From an uncultured Solirubrobacterales bacterium (lineage in GTDB: Bacteria > Actinomycetota > Thermoleophilia > Solirubrobacterales > Solirubrobacteraceae): a stretch of DNA of 64,000 nucleotides. Both the position numbers and the translations under genes were made by a program. Under the pieces are notes generated by a model. The model had not been told where the DNA came from, ran no database searches, and saw nothing but the letters and a program-made list of their open reading frames with translations. The DNA lies in the NCBI GenBank assembly GCA_963708375.1, contig OY970202.1:2065814-2129813 (forward strand), written 5' to 3'. Of the stretch, positions 1 to 9,494 are shown piece by piece (the stretch's first letter is position 1; the number at the start of each line of letters is the position of its first letter).

Positions 1-690
1 AACCGCCGCTTCTTCGTGCTCTCGCTCGGCTTTCCGCTGGTCCTGTTCTTCCTGATCGCGGGACCCAACCGCAACGTGGAGGACCTGGGCGGCAGCGGCA
101 TCCCGGCGCCGATGTATTACATGGTCGGCATGGTCGCTTTCGGCACGATGAGCGCCGTGCTCTCCTGCGGGGCCCGCATCGCCGCCGAGCGGGCGGTCGG
201 CTGGAATCGCCAGCTGCGCATAAGCCCGCTTTCCACGCGGGCCTACTTCCGCGCCAAGGTATTGACCGCCTACCTGATGGCGCTGCTCAGCATGGGCGTG
301 CTCTACGCCTCGGGCATCTCACTCGGAGTGAGCATGTCCGCGCGCGACTGGATCGAGATGACCTTTCTCATCCTCGTCGCCCTCGTGCCGATCGCCGCCC
401 TCGGGATTGCGATCGGCCACATGCTCACGCCCGATTCGATCGGCCCGGCGATGGGCGGCGGCGTGGCGCTGCTCGCCTTCCTCGGGGGCACCTGGTTTCC
501 GATCCCCAGCCACGGCTTCCTGTACGACATCGGCCAGCTCTTGCCCTCCTATTGGCTGGTCCAAGCCAGCCACATCGCCCTCGGCGCCCATCCATGGGAC
601 GCGAAGGCCTGGATCGTGATCGTGGCTTGGACGGCGATCCTCGCCGCTATCGCCAGGCGTGCGTACCGGCGCGACACCGGGCGGGTGTAG
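1..690 (+). CDS. ABC-2 type transporter permease (5' truncated by window edge)
   Basis: Frame open from base 1 (NRRFFVLSLGFP...). Six hydrophobic segments and ABC-2 motifs ERAVGWNRQLRISPL and FLGGTWFP. TAG at 688-690. Confidence 0.85.
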   Translation, partial: NRRFFVLSLGFPLVLFFLIAGPNRNVEDLGGSGIPAPMYYMVGMVAFGTMSAVLSCGARIAAERAVGWNRQLRISPLSTRAYFRAKVLTAYLMALLSMGVLYASGISLGVSMSARDWIEMTFLILVALVPIAALGIAIGHMLTPDSIGPAMGGGVALLAFLGGTWFPIPSHGFLYDIGQLLPSYWLVQASHIALGAHPWDAKAWIVIVAWTAILAAIARRAYRRDTGRV

Positions 691-724
691 ACCTCTGCCC
701 GGCGCACCCGTCGGGCGCGAACGC

Positions 725-730
725 TAGGGT
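725..730 (+). promoter_or_regulatory. Putative -10 element (TAGGGT) 7 nt before ATG 738-740, a leaderless-type start
   Basis: TANNNT-N7-ATG geometry, also seen at 11809, 17610 and 23163. No SD sequence. Confidence 0.5.
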
Positions 731-1226
731 GCGGGCCATGGTGCGCCTTGAAAGCTGGATCAGGCCGGCGGGTGTGAGTCCCGTCCGGGTAGACGCCGGA
801 GTGCCCGGTAGCAGGCCCCGGTTTGTCGCTGAGAGGCGGCGGGCTGAGCGGGGCGTCGAGAGCCTCTTTGGAGGGAGCAAGCGCGTGGGCTGGGATTGCA
901 GCCTCGTCACATTCACAGTCGGGGAGCCGAGCCGCTCATGTCACGGTGAAGGCCATGTCCGCCAGTCCTGGTTCCGGATCGGGCGCGGTGGGTCCCTGCG
1001 GGGTATGGAGACTTGCACGCGCGCAAGGTCTGATCGCGGAACAAGGGAGACCCGTCTGGCTAGCCTTGTCAGCAAAGACCGTTCGTATAAGCCGATGGCG
1101 AAGTCGAGCGGAGGTCAGCGGGAGTCCGAGGGGGTCGTAGTAGTGCAGATCGGCGTGCAGAACAACGCGCTGGGAGCGAAGGACCCCTGCTTTGATCGCG
1201 CGAGCGTCGAGGGTAAGCGTTAGGGC

Positions 1227-2606
1227 ATGGTCGAGACCGCTCGATCTATCGACCCCGCCGGGCATGCGCCTGGTGTTCCTGCCAGCGAAATGGTGCTGTT
1301 GGAGGCCACTGGGGGGGATCTGCGAGAACTTCAGCGCAAGCTATGGGTGGCCGCCAAGCGGTCGCCGGGTAGGCGTTTCCATGCCCTGTTTGACCGGATC
1401 TTCAGGAGTGACGTCCTGTTGGAGGCGTGGAGGCGTGTGCAGAGGAACAAGGGTGCTGCCGGTGTTGATGCTCAGACGCTGGCGGGGGTGCGGGAGTACG
1501 GTGTGGAGCGGCTGTTGGCCGAGTTGCAGCGTGACCTGCGTCAGGGGTCTTATCGTCCGCGGCCGGTCCGGCGGGTGTCGATTCCTAAGCCTAAGGGTGG
1601 TGTGCGGCCGCTTGGCATCCCGACCGTGAAGGATCGGGTTGTTCAGCAGGCCGCGCGTATCGTGCTTGAGCCCATCTTCGAGGCTGATTTTCTTGATGTC
1701 TCGTTTGGGTTTCGTCCGCGCCGGTCGGCTACGGATGCCAAGGAGGTGCTGCGCCGGTCGTTCATCGACGGGTACTCCTTCGTGTTCGAGGCCGACATCC
1801 GCGACTACTTCTCCGCGATCGACCACGAGCGACTGCTCGGGAAGGTCTCAGAGAGGGTTTCGGACCGGCGTGTGCTCAAGCTCATTCGGCAGTTCCTCCA
1901 AGCAGGGGTGATGGATGAAGGGGTGCTCAGCCGTTCGGTTGCTGGGACCCCGCAGGGTGGCGTGATCTCGCCGCTTCTGTCGAACATCTACCTGCACGCG
2001 CTGGACCAGGCGTTCGCTGATGGCGCTCACGGCCGGCTCGTCCGCTATGCGGACGACTTCGTCGTGATGTGCAAGAGCGAGGCGCAAGCCCGTGCGGCCC
2101 GGGAGTTGGCCAGGAAGGTGCTGGCTGATCTTGGGTTGGAGTTGCACCAGGAGAAGACGAGGGTCGTTGACCTCACCGAGGGTCGGGAAGGTCTTGATTT
2201 CCTTGGCTGCCATTTTCATGCTCGCGTGTCGGGCAAGCTGCTGGAGCGCGGCCTCCGTCGCTACTACCTCCAGCGCTGGCCCTCACAGGCGGCGATGAAG
2301 CGGGTACGCCAAAGGATCAAGGCGCTGACCGGCCACAGCCGCAACGGGATAGATATCCGCAAGGTGATCTCGTGGATCAATCCGATCCTGCGTGGCTGGG
2401 GCAGCTACTTTCGTACTGGTAATGCCGCCATCCGCTTCAACCAGATCGACCGGTATGTCGTGTGGCGCCTTCGTGGTCTGATGCGCAAGCGTTATGGTCG
2501 CAACCTGCGCCCCGGCCAGACGGCGATCTGGACGCGCGAGTGGTTCGAGGCCCACGGCCTCTACCGCCTGCGCGGCACCATCCGCTACCCGGCAACAGCG
2601 TCGTGA
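1227..2606 (+). CDS. ltrA: Group II intron reverse transcriptase/maturase (no endonuclease domain)
   Basis: RT motifs RPLGIPTVKDRVVQ, GTPQGGVISPLLSNIYL and RYADD; maturase motif NPILRGWGSYF; no C-terminal HNH. Confidence 0.95.
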   Translation: MVETARSIDPAGHAPGVPASEMVLLEATGGDLRELQRKLWVAAKRSPGRRFHALFDRIFRSDVLLEAWRRVQRNKGAAGVDAQTLAGVREYGVERLLAELQRDLRQGSYRPRPVRRVSIPKPKGGVRPLGIPTVKDRVVQQAARIVLEPIFEADFLDVSFGFRPRRSATDAKEVLRRSFIDGYSFVFEADIRDYFSAIDHERLLGKVSERVSDRRVLKLIRQFLQAGVMDEGVLSRSVAGTPQGGVISPLLSNIYLHALDQAFADGAHGRLVRYADDFVVMCKSEAQARAARELARKVLADLGLELHQEKTRVVDLTEGREGLDFLGCHFHARVSGKLLERGLRRYYLQRWPSQAAMKRVRQRIKALTGHSRNGIDIRKVISWINPILRGWGSYFRTGNAAIRFNQIDRYVVWRLRGLMRKRYGRNLRPGQTAIWTREWFEAHGLYRLRGTIRYPATAS

Positions 2607-2627
2607 CCATCAAGAAGATCATCGGTA

Positions 2628-2712
2628 AGCCGTGTGCGGGAAAACCGCACGCACGGATTGAAAGGGGAACGGGGAAACGGGCCATCCCGGCACCGCGCCC
2701 CTGACTACCAAT
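2628..2712 (+). ncRNA. Group II intron catalytic domains V-VI
   Basis: AGC triad, GAAA-type loop and AC bulge of domain V, followed by a GC-rich domain VI and a terminal AT. Confidence 0.9.
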
Positions 2713-3211
2713 GAATAGATCCAGTCGTGCCGTGAACGCCGCGCTTGCGGCCCTGTGCTTGGCGCTTGGCGCCGCTGTCTTCGCCGTGCCCGCGGGCGCC
2801 GCGGCTGTGCATTTCGAAAAGGAGACTTTGCAGGCCTACGAAGCCCAGCTTCACCACGGCCAGATCCACGCACTCACCTTCCATCCAGGTCCCACAGTCG
2901 GCCATTTGCACATTTCGCTCGACAACGGCGCCCACATGACCGTCACCTATGCGGTCACCGAACAGGGCAAGCTGGTCGCGCAAGCCCAGGCCGCAAACGC
3001 CCGCGTGAAGGTCGCGGCGGCCACGACCAAAAAAACGGCGGCGGCCAAACACAAACTGCGCTACATCGCCGGCGGAATCCTGATCCTGGTGATCATCGTC
3101 GTCTTGATCGTGCTGCTGATCGGTCGTCGCCGCGCTGTGGCTGCCGAGGGGCCCACTCCCTCGGGTGAGAGCGCCGGCTCCGCGCCCTCGGGTGAGAGCG
3201 CCGCTCCTTAG
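2711..3211 (+). CDS. Exported protein with C-terminal TM anchor; the soluble part resembles an FtsH extracellular-type domain
   Basis: Signal peptide (..AVPAGAAA), YEAQLHHGQIHALTF segment, TM YIAGGILILVIIVVLIVLLIG followed by RRR, and a PSGESA duplication at the C-terminus. Confidence 0.7.
   Translation: MNRSSRAVNAALAALCLALGAAVFAVPAGAAAVHFEKETLQAYEAQLHHGQIHALTFHPGPTVGHLHISLDNGAHMTVTYAVTEQGKLVAQAQAANARVKVAAATTKKTAAAKHKLRYIAGGILILVIIVVLIVLLIGRRRAVAAEGPTPSGESAGSAPSGESAAP
3158..3202 (+). repeat. 18-bp direct repeat CCCTCGGGTGAGAGCGCC x2 (encodes PSGESA)
   Basis: Copies at 3158-3175 and 3185-3202. Confidence 0.8.
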
Positions 3212-3255
3212 CAGAGCGCCCGCTCGCGGGATCAGCGACGCCCCTGATGCGGGGG

Positions 3256-3270
3256 CGAGAATAAGACTCA
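3256..3270. promoter_or_regulatory. Putative Fur/Zur box
   Basis: cGAGAATAAGACTCA is an imperfect match to the 7-1-7 TGAGAATnATTCTCA pattern, about 23 bp upstream of the metal SBP gene in an operon ending in a Fur-family gene. Confidence 0.55.
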
Positions 3271-3292
3271 ATCTTGTGATACGGTCGTCGCG

Positions 3293-4228
3293 ATGCGACG
3301 GACCGGAAGATTTCGCGGGTGGGCTGCAGGCGCTGCGGTCCTCTTGGCCGCTGCGAGCGCCCTGCTGGCGGGCTGCGGGTCGGCCGAACCAGACGAAGAG
3401 TCCGCGTCGGGCAAGCTGCGGGTGGTGGCCGCGGAGAACTTCTGGGGGAGCATCGCCGCTCAGCTCGGTGGCTCTGACGTCGAAGTGCAGAGCATCATCG
3501 TCAATCCGGCCACCGACCCGCACAGCTACGAGCCGAGCGCCGAGGATGCGCGCACGATGGCGGGCGCCCAGATGGCGATCGTCAACGGCATCGGCTATGA
3601 CGAATGGGCCTCCCATCTGCTTGCCGCCGATCCCTCGGGAGGGCGCACCACGCTCGATGTGGGCGGTCTGCTGGGGCTAAAGGCGGGCGTCAACCCACAT
3701 CGGTGGTACTCCCCGAGCAATGTTCACACCGTCATCGACCAGATCGTGGCCGACTACGACAAGCGGCTTCCCGCCGACGCCGGTTACTTCGCCGCGCAAC
3801 AGAAGCGCTTCGAAACTCACGCGCTGGCCCGCTACAACGAGCTGATCGCCCAAATCCGCGCCCGCTACGCGGGCGTCCCGGTCGGCTACAGCGAGAGCAT
3901 CTTCCAACCGCTCGGCGAAGCCCTTGGTTTGATGTTGCTGACCCCCTGCAGCTTCGCCAAGGCGGTTGCCGAGGGCGGAGAAGTGAGCGCCCAGGACAAG
4001 CAGACCGTTGACCGTCAGGCCTCGCATCGCGAAATCAAGGTCTGGATCTTCAACAGTCAGAACGTCACGCCCGACGTCCAGCGAGTGGGTGAACTGGCGA
4101 AGGCCGCTCACATCCCGATCGTGACGGTCACAGAGACCCTCTCGCCGGCCTCGGATACCTTCGAGCAATGGCAGGTAGCCCAGCTGGAAGAGCTGGCGCG
4201 TGGGCTTCATCAGGCCACGGGGCGGTAA
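3293..4228 (+). CDS. znuA: Zn/Mn ABC transporter substrate-binding lipoprotein (ZnuA/TroA family)
   Basis: Lipobox LAGC; VVAAENFWG, DPHSYEP and NPHRW motifs. Confidence 0.88.
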   Translation: MRRTGRFRGWAAGAAVLLAAASALLAGCGSAEPDEESASGKLRVVAAENFWGSIAAQLGGSDVEVQSIIVNPATDPHSYEPSAEDARTMAGAQMAIVNGIGYDEWASHLLAADPSGGRTTLDVGGLLGLKAGVNPHRWYSPSNVHTVIDQIVADYDKRLPADAGYFAAQQKRFETHALARYNELIAQIRARYAGVPVGYSESIFQPLGEALGLMLLTPCSFAKAVAEGGEVSAQDKQTVDRQASHREIKVWIFNSQNVTPDVQRVGELAKAAHIPIVTVTETLSPASDTFEQWQVAQLEELARGLHQATGR

Positions 4229-4233
4229 GCGCG

Positions 4234-5121
4234 ATGGACGCGGCGGCCCGCCCGGAAGCGTCTTCGGGCCCGAGTGCCGCCCCGCGCCAGGGCGATACGT
4301 CGCCGGCCCAGACGCCCGCGATTCAGTTGCGCAAAGCCAGCGCGAGCTTGGGCGGGCATGAGGTTTGGCGTGACGTGGACTTGACGGTGCGCCCCGGGGA
4401 ATTCATGGCCGTGCTCGGCTCCAACGGCAGCGGCAAGTCGACTTTGCTGAAGGCGATCCTCGGCCTCGTGCAGACGCCCTTTGGCAGCGTCGAGGTTCTG
4501 GGCAAGGCGGCGGGTGAGGCCAATCGCCAGATCGGCTACTTGCCCCAACGCCACGGCTTTGACACGAGCCTGCCGCTCCGCGGCATCGACCTCGTGCGCC
4601 TCGGCCTGGACGGAGCGCGCTGGGGTCTGCCCCTGGGCCTCTCCGGCGCGTCGAGGCGTCGCGCCCGTGAGCGGGTCCGCGAAGCTGTCGAGCTGGTCGG
4701 TGCCGCCTCATACGCCGAGCGACCGCTGGGCCAGCTCTCAGGCGGCGAGCAACAGCGCATCTTGATCGCCCAAGCGCTCGTGCGTCGTCCCCGCATCCTC
4801 ATGCTCGACGAGCCTTTGGACAGCCTCGACCTGCCCAACCAAGCAGCCATCACGGCGCTCGTGCAGAGCATCTGCCGCTCGGAGAACGTGGCGGTCTTGC
4901 TGGTGGCCCACGACGTCAATCCTCTACTGCCATATCTGGATCAGGTCATCTACCTGGCCGGCACCCGCGCCCTTCAGGGGGCGGTCCAGGACGTCATCAC
5001 CGGACCCAATTTGAGCGATCTGTACGGGGTCGAGATCGAGGTCCTGCGTGCCAAGGACGGGCGTCTGGTGGTCGTCGGCCAGCCAGAGGCCCCCCACGTT
5101 CACGGTCACAGGCACACGTGA
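4234..5121 (+). CDS. znuC: Metal ABC transporter ATP-binding protein
   Basis: GSNGSGKST, LSGGEQQR, LMLDEP, His-rich tail HVHGHRHT. Start placed at ATG 4234. Confidence 0.88.
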   Translation: MDAAARPEASSGPSAAPRQGDTSPAQTPAIQLRKASASLGGHEVWRDVDLTVRPGEFMAVLGSNGSGKSTLLKAILGLVQTPFGSVEVLGKAAGEANRQIGYLPQRHGFDTSLPLRGIDLVRLGLDGARWGLPLGLSGASRRRARERVREAVELVGAASYAERPLGQLSGGEQQRILIAQALVRRPRILMLDEPLDSLDLPNQAAITALVQSICRSENVAVLLVAHDVNPLLPYLDQVIYLAGTRALQGAVQDVITGPNLSDLYGVEIEVLRAKDGRLVVVGQPEAPHVHGHRHT

Positions 5122-5167
5122 TGGACAGCTCCCCGGCAACCCAAGCTTGCGAAGGCAGTTTCGAGTG

Positions 5168-6094
5168 ATGACAAATCCAACCCTCTCCTGGAATCTCGTG
5201 CACGACATTCACGAGCTGCTCGCCTACCGCTTCATGGTCAACGCCCTGCAAGCGGGGACCGTCGTGGCCGTCATGGCCGGAGCCGTGGGCTGGTACATGG
5301 TTCTGCGCCGGCAAAGCTTCGCCGGGCACACGATCGCCGTGATGTCCTTCCCAGGCGCCGCCGGAGCCGCCCTGGCAGGGGTGCCGAGCGTCCTTGGCTA
5401 CTACCTTGCGTGCGGGATTGCGGCGCTCGCGATCGGTCGCCGGCGCGGCGCCGATCGTGGCGGGCGCAGCCGGGAGTCGGCCGCGATCGGGGTCGTGCAG
5501 GTAGCCGGCTTGGCGCTCGGGTTCCTGTTCTTGAGCCTCTACAGCGGCGTGCTCGAGCAGCTCGAGACCCTCCTGTTCGGGACGTTCTTGGGCATCGACC
5601 GAGCCCAGGTGCTCACGCTCGTGGTTGTCGCTGCAGTCGTTCTTGGAGCGCTTGCCCTCGTGGGTCGACCGCTGCTGCTGGCCTCCTTGGATCCAGAAGT
5701 TGCGCGGGCGCGTGGAGTGCCGGTCGGCGCGCTCGACCTTGGCTTCATGCTCTTGCTGGGCTTCACGGTGGCCGCCACCAGCCAGATCACCGGAGCCCTG
5801 CTCGTATTTGCCCTGCTCGTGGCCCCGCCAGCGGCGGCCCAGGCGATCACATCGAGGCCCGGCCTCGGACTCGCGCTCAGCGTCGGATTCGCCCTTCTGA
5901 TCACCTGGCTGGGCCTGGGAGCGGCCTACTTCTCGATCTACCCGCTCGGCTTCTTCGTCACCACTTTCGGCTTCTGCGTGTTCCTGCTCGCCAAGCTGGC
6001 CGGCTTCGCACGTGCACGCGCCCGCGTTTCGCGCGGCGGTCGGGGCGTGGGGGAGAGCGGACGCGGTGAGCTCGAACCGGTCGGGATGATGTGA
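5168..6094 (+). CDS. znuB: Metal ABC transporter permease (ABC-3)
   Basis: FMVNAL, VLRRQSFAGH, LLFG and GALLVFALLVAP motifs; multiple TM segments. Confidence 0.85.
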   Translation: MTNPTLSWNLVHDIHELLAYRFMVNALQAGTVVAVMAGAVGWYMVLRRQSFAGHTIAVMSFPGAAGAALAGVPSVLGYYLACGIAALAIGRRRGADRGGRSRESAAIGVVQVAGLALGFLFLSLYSGVLEQLETLLFGTFLGIDRAQVLTLVVVAAVVLGALALVGRPLLLASLDPEVARARGVPVGALDLGFMLLLGFTVAATSQITGALLVFALLVAPPAAAQAITSRPGLGLALSVGFALLITWLGLGAAYFSIYPLGFFVTTFGFCVFLLAKLAGFARARARVSRGGRGVGESGRGELEPVGMM

Positions 6095-6993
6095 TGCTCG
6101 CCCACGAATTCATCCGCAACGCGCTCTTGGCGGGGACGCCGCTGGCGCTCGCCTGCGGCCTGGTCGGCTGGTTCACGGTCCTGCGTGGGCAGGTGTTCGC
6201 GGGCGACGCCCTCAGTCATGTCGCTTTCGTGGGCGCGATCGCGGCCGCGGTCGTGGGTGTCGACGAGCAGGTCGGCCTGTTTGCCTTGACGCTGGCCTTG
6301 GCCGGCGTCATGGCAGGCTTGGGCCGCCGCGCCCAAGCCGACGATGTCACGATCGGCGTCGTCTTCTCATGGGTGCTCGGAATCGGCGTGCTCCTGATCG
6401 CCGTGCTCAGCACGAGCTCCTCCGGTGGCAGCGGTTTGATCGTCGCCAATACCCTGTTCGGCTCCATCTTCGGGCTGAGCGCCGGCCAAAGCGTGGTCGC
6501 GGCCTCCGTCGGGTTCGGGGTGGTCGTGCTCGCCGTCGGGATTGCGAAACCCCTGCTGTTCGCGTCCCTCGATCCCAGGCTGGCCGGTCTGCAAGGAGTG
6601 CCCGTGCGGATCCTCGGGCTGGTGCTGCTTGGCCTGATCGGAGCCGTAACGGCAGAGGGCACCCAGGCGATTGGCGCGCTTCTGGTGCTCGGGTTGATCG
6701 CCGCCCCCGCGGGGGCCGCGCTGCGACTGACGAGCAGGCCATACCTCGGCATGGCCTGCTCGGTTGGGATTGCCCTGGGCGCGATGTGGGGAGGAATCGC
6801 GCTCAGCTATGCGATTCCCTCGTTGCCGCCCAGCAGCGCAATTGTGGGGATAGCCGTCGGCGCCTATGCGCTCGCCTCGATCGCTTCTACCATCGCCCTA
6901 TGGACTCCTCGGTCAAGCCGGCCCCCACAGCGCCGGACGGGCCAGACACACCCCCGATCCACACAAACGCTGGGCGAGACGCCACTGCCGTGA
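6091..6993 (+). CDS. Second metal ABC transporter permease (ABC-3)
   Basis: FIRNALLAG, FAGDALSH, LFGSI; GTGA overlap with the upstream gene. Confidence 0.85.
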   Translation: MMLAHEFIRNALLAGTPLALACGLVGWFTVLRGQVFAGDALSHVAFVGAIAAAVVGVDEQVGLFALTLALAGVMAGLGRRAQADDVTIGVVFSWVLGIGVLLIAVLSTSSSGGSGLIVANTLFGSIFGLSAGQSVVAASVGFGVVVLAVGIAKPLLFASLDPRLAGLQGVPVRILGLVLLGLIGAVTAEGTQAIGALLVLGLIAAPAGAALRLTSRPYLGMACSVGIALGAMWGGIALSYAIPSLPPSSAIVGIAVGAYALASIASTIALWTPRSSRPPQRRTGQTHPRSTQTLGETPLP

Positions 6994-7439
6994 GCGCTCA
7001 CGGGCATATGAACGACTGGATCGAGCAGGCCGAGGCGACCCTCGCGGCGGCCGGCCACAAGCGTGGAGGCGCGCGTCGTGCGCTGCTCGAGCTGCTCGAC
7101 GCCCAGCAGTGCGCTTTGACCGCCGTGGAGATCGAGGACTCCTTGCGGGCAGCCCAGCGGCGAGTCAGCCGCGCCAGCGTCTATCGCATCCTCGACGAGC
7201 TCGAGCAGCTGCGCTTGGTGCAGCGCGTGGAGACCGGCCAAGCGATGGTCCGCTACGAGCGGGTGTGCTCTGAGGAGGAGCACCACCACCATCTCGTATG
7301 CGACGGTTGTGGCTTGGTGATGCCGTTTTCCGACGAAGCTTTGGAGCTGGCGATCTCGAGCCTCAGCTCGCGCGTGCCGCTGACGGTCTCAGAGCACGAG
7401 ATCGTGCTGCGTGGATCCTGCTCGGATTGTTCGGACTGA
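6990..7439 (+). CDS. zur: Fur-family transcriptional regulator, probably Zur
   Basis: SRASVYRIL helix, HHHHLVCDGCG and C-terminal CSDC; GTGA-coupled to the permease. Confidence 0.85.
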   Translation: MSAHGHMNDWIEQAEATLAAAGHKRGGARRALLELLDAQQCALTAVEIEDSLRAAQRRVSRASVYRILDELEQLRLVQRVETGQAMVRYERVCSEEEHHHHLVCDGCGLVMPFSDEALELAISSLSSRVPLTVSEHEIVLRGSCSDCSD

Positions 7440-9494
7440 CTCCTGGGCCCGGGTCGGCTTGCCCCACAGGTAACCCAACAGGCAACCAAGCATCAACACC
7501 GCGACCACAAGCAGCACCGGTCCCGAATCCTCGGTCAATGCGCCGATCGCACCCGCGGCAAGGCCACCTGAGAGCGCCGCCAGCCAAGCCGGGTCCGAAT
7601 CGACCGGTGCGCAGACGCGCTCTCTGTAGCGGACCGCAAGCACGGAGGCGACCACGGCCACGGCGGTCGCGATCGGCATCAGGTGGTTCTTCAGCTCGTT
7701 CCAAGCCGCTCCATAGCGCCGCACGACGATGTCCCTGATGTCCCCGGGCGAGCGCGCGTCCAAGACGCTGCCGGTGAAGTGTCCGCTGCCGTGAGCGCTC
7801 GCCAGGTCAAGTGCCGCCAACACGATCAGACCGATGATCGGCGCAGACATCGCGAGCAGGATGCGTTTCCGATTCAAGCTGCCTGGTAGCAACATCACGG
7901 TCGCCACCGCTGTGCCCGCACTCACCAAGATGACGCCGCCCACGCCCGCGCCGATCCGCGCCGAGCCCTCCACGATTGCGAGAAGGATGCCGGCGCAGGC
8001 CATCGTCGTGGCGGCCCGCCTGGAGTGCACCGCCGGATACAGCCACGCGGCGACGGCGCCAAACACGAGCACCGCCAATCCCGACTTCAGCTCGTTGCCG
8101 ATTCCATAGAAGCGCGCCCCCAAGATCGGGTCGGGACCAAGCACCGAGCGGACCAGCAGTTGCGTGCCCGCCAACGCATCGACCGTCAAGGCGACCAAAG
8201 CACACACGGCCGGCACGATCGGCGCTCTCGGCCAGGGCACGAGCCGGTCGGTGAGGGTCGCCAGAGCGAAGCACGCCGCCACGATCACCGCGAATTCCAA
8301 GGTCCTCGCAGGCTCCAAAGCGGCAGGCAGCAGCATCCCCACCGGCGTCCACATCAGCGCGAGCGCGCCGACTCGCAGTGCCCAGGCGCGCCGTGCTTGG
8401 ACCCTGACGCGGCGGTCGGCGGCCAGAGTCAAAGGTAGGTGGACGGCGGCCAACAACAGCGCCCAGGCCGCCATCAGCCAGGCGACCGCCGGCAGGCGCC
8501 GGCCTCCGATAGTTTCCAAGCGCGCCTTGAAATCGCGCATTTGGGAGCTGTCGAAGCGACCGTCCAGCCCGATCGGCTTGCCGCGCATGTCGGGCGGCGT
8601 GGCCAACCCCAGATGCTTGAGGATCGTCGGGGCGATGTCGATCGAGGCGACCAATCCCCGCTCGTTCGTGGTCTGCGAGGTCAGTGTCTGGCCGTCGCTG
8701 CCGAGCCCGGCCGCGGCGACCCATAGGAGTTGGTGGCCCGGGCCGTCCGGCGCTCGCTGGACTGCGATCAACAGCTCGCGGCGGGCGCGCGTCGAGACGA
8801 GGGTCCTCAGCGCCGTGTTGCCGGCGTCTGCGTCCGGTAGATCGGCGACCACCATGCGATGTATCCGCTCGAGTCGCGAAATGCGAGCAAGCAGCGTCTT
8901 GGGGGTGCCGCGCGAAACAGAGGCGACCCGCCCGTCCCGTCTCGCCGCAACCGCGCTGTCGGGACCGCCCATACCGGCGTAGGCGCCGCCGTCCGGAATT
9001 TGGCTGGCGAGCAGGCCCGGCTCGAGTAGCTGTGGCGCTGTGTCTGCGCGTCTGGAGACGGCCGACCAAGGTTCGATCCGGCCTCCTCCAGCAGGATCTT
9101 GGCCAGCAATTAGCGTGAGCGCAGGCAGCCCAGATTGGCGGTAGGACGAGCTCGAGATGCGCGCTCCCTGAGTGATGTCCAAAGCCAGCTGGGAGGCCGT
9201 GTATGTGCCTTGGCTGGCGCTCATGATCCCGATCGAAAGCCCCGGGACAGAAGCCAGCTCGCGCTCGGTCGCGTCGCTCGCCGATTCTCCGGGGGCCGGC
9301 CGGGCCGAGACGAACACGATCAGGGCCGACGGCACCAAGGAAGCCGCTCCCGCGGTGGAGCGGGCGGCCTCGCCCGGCGCCTGGTCGGGCCTGTCCGAGA
9401 CAGATGTGCCGGCGCCGAGGGCGCCCGCCGGCGCGCACCAGCACACGAATAGGCACAGGAGGGCCGCAAACAGCCCTCCGCGCGCTCTGCTCAG
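7389..9494 (-). CDS. Membrane protein with an N-terminal exported alkaline-phosphatase-like region and about 10 C-terminal TMs
   Basis: DIAPTILKHLG..PPDMRGKPI (AlkP-superfamily C-terminal motif), ARFYGIGNE motif, many TMs. The start is uncertain; CTG at 9494 overlaps the MMPL stop. Confidence 0.7.
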   Translation of the reverse strand: MSRARGGLFAALLCLFVCWCAPAGALGAGTSVSDRPDQAPGEAARSTAGAASLVPSALIVFVSARPAPGESASDATERELASVPGLSIGIMSASQGTYTASQLALDITQGARISSSSYRQSGLPALTLIAGQDPAGGGRIEPWSAVSRRADTAPQLLEPGLLASQIPDGGAYAGMGGPDSAVAARRDGRVASVSRGTPKTLLARISRLERIHRMVVADLPDADAGNTALRTLVSTRARRELLIAVQRAPDGPGHQLLWVAAAGLGSDGQTLTSQTTNERGLVASIDIAPTILKHLGLATPPDMRGKPIGLDGRFDSSQMRDFKARLETIGGRRLPAVAWLMAAWALLLAAVHLPLTLAADRRVRVQARRAWALRVGALALMWTPVGMLLPAALEPARTLEFAVIVAACFALATLTDRLVPWPRAPIVPAVCALVALTVDALAGTQLLVRSVLGPDPILGARFYGIGNELKSGLAVLVFGAVAAWLYPAVHSRRAATTMACAGILLAIVEGSARIGAGVGGVILVSAGTAVATVMLLPGSLNRKRILLAMSAPIIGLIVLAALDLASAHGSGHFTGSVLDARSPGDIRDIVVRRYGAAWNELKNHLMPIATAVAVVASVLAVRYRERVCAPVDSDPAWLAALSGGLAAGAIGALTEDSGPVLLVVAVLMLGCLLGYLWGKPTRAQESVRTIRAGSTQHDLVL

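Larger units (their letters stand above)
741..2712 (+). mobile_element. Group II intron (about 1.97 kb, ribozyme plus RT/maturase ORF), inserted at the start codon of the 2711..3211 gene
   Basis: 5' end GTGCG at 741. Domain V AGCCGTGTGCGGGAAAACCGCACGCACGGATT at about 2628-2659, then a domain VI hairpin and ...CTGACTACCAAT end at 2712. Internal RT ORF. The boundary is ambiguous by 1 nt (740/741 and 2712/2713). Confidence 0.92.

Noticed and set aside
741-2712. Assignment to class IIC (terminator-targeting) introns
   Set aside because: A hairpin precedes the site, but domain V is full length with an AGC triad rather than the short CGC type. The class is left unassigned.
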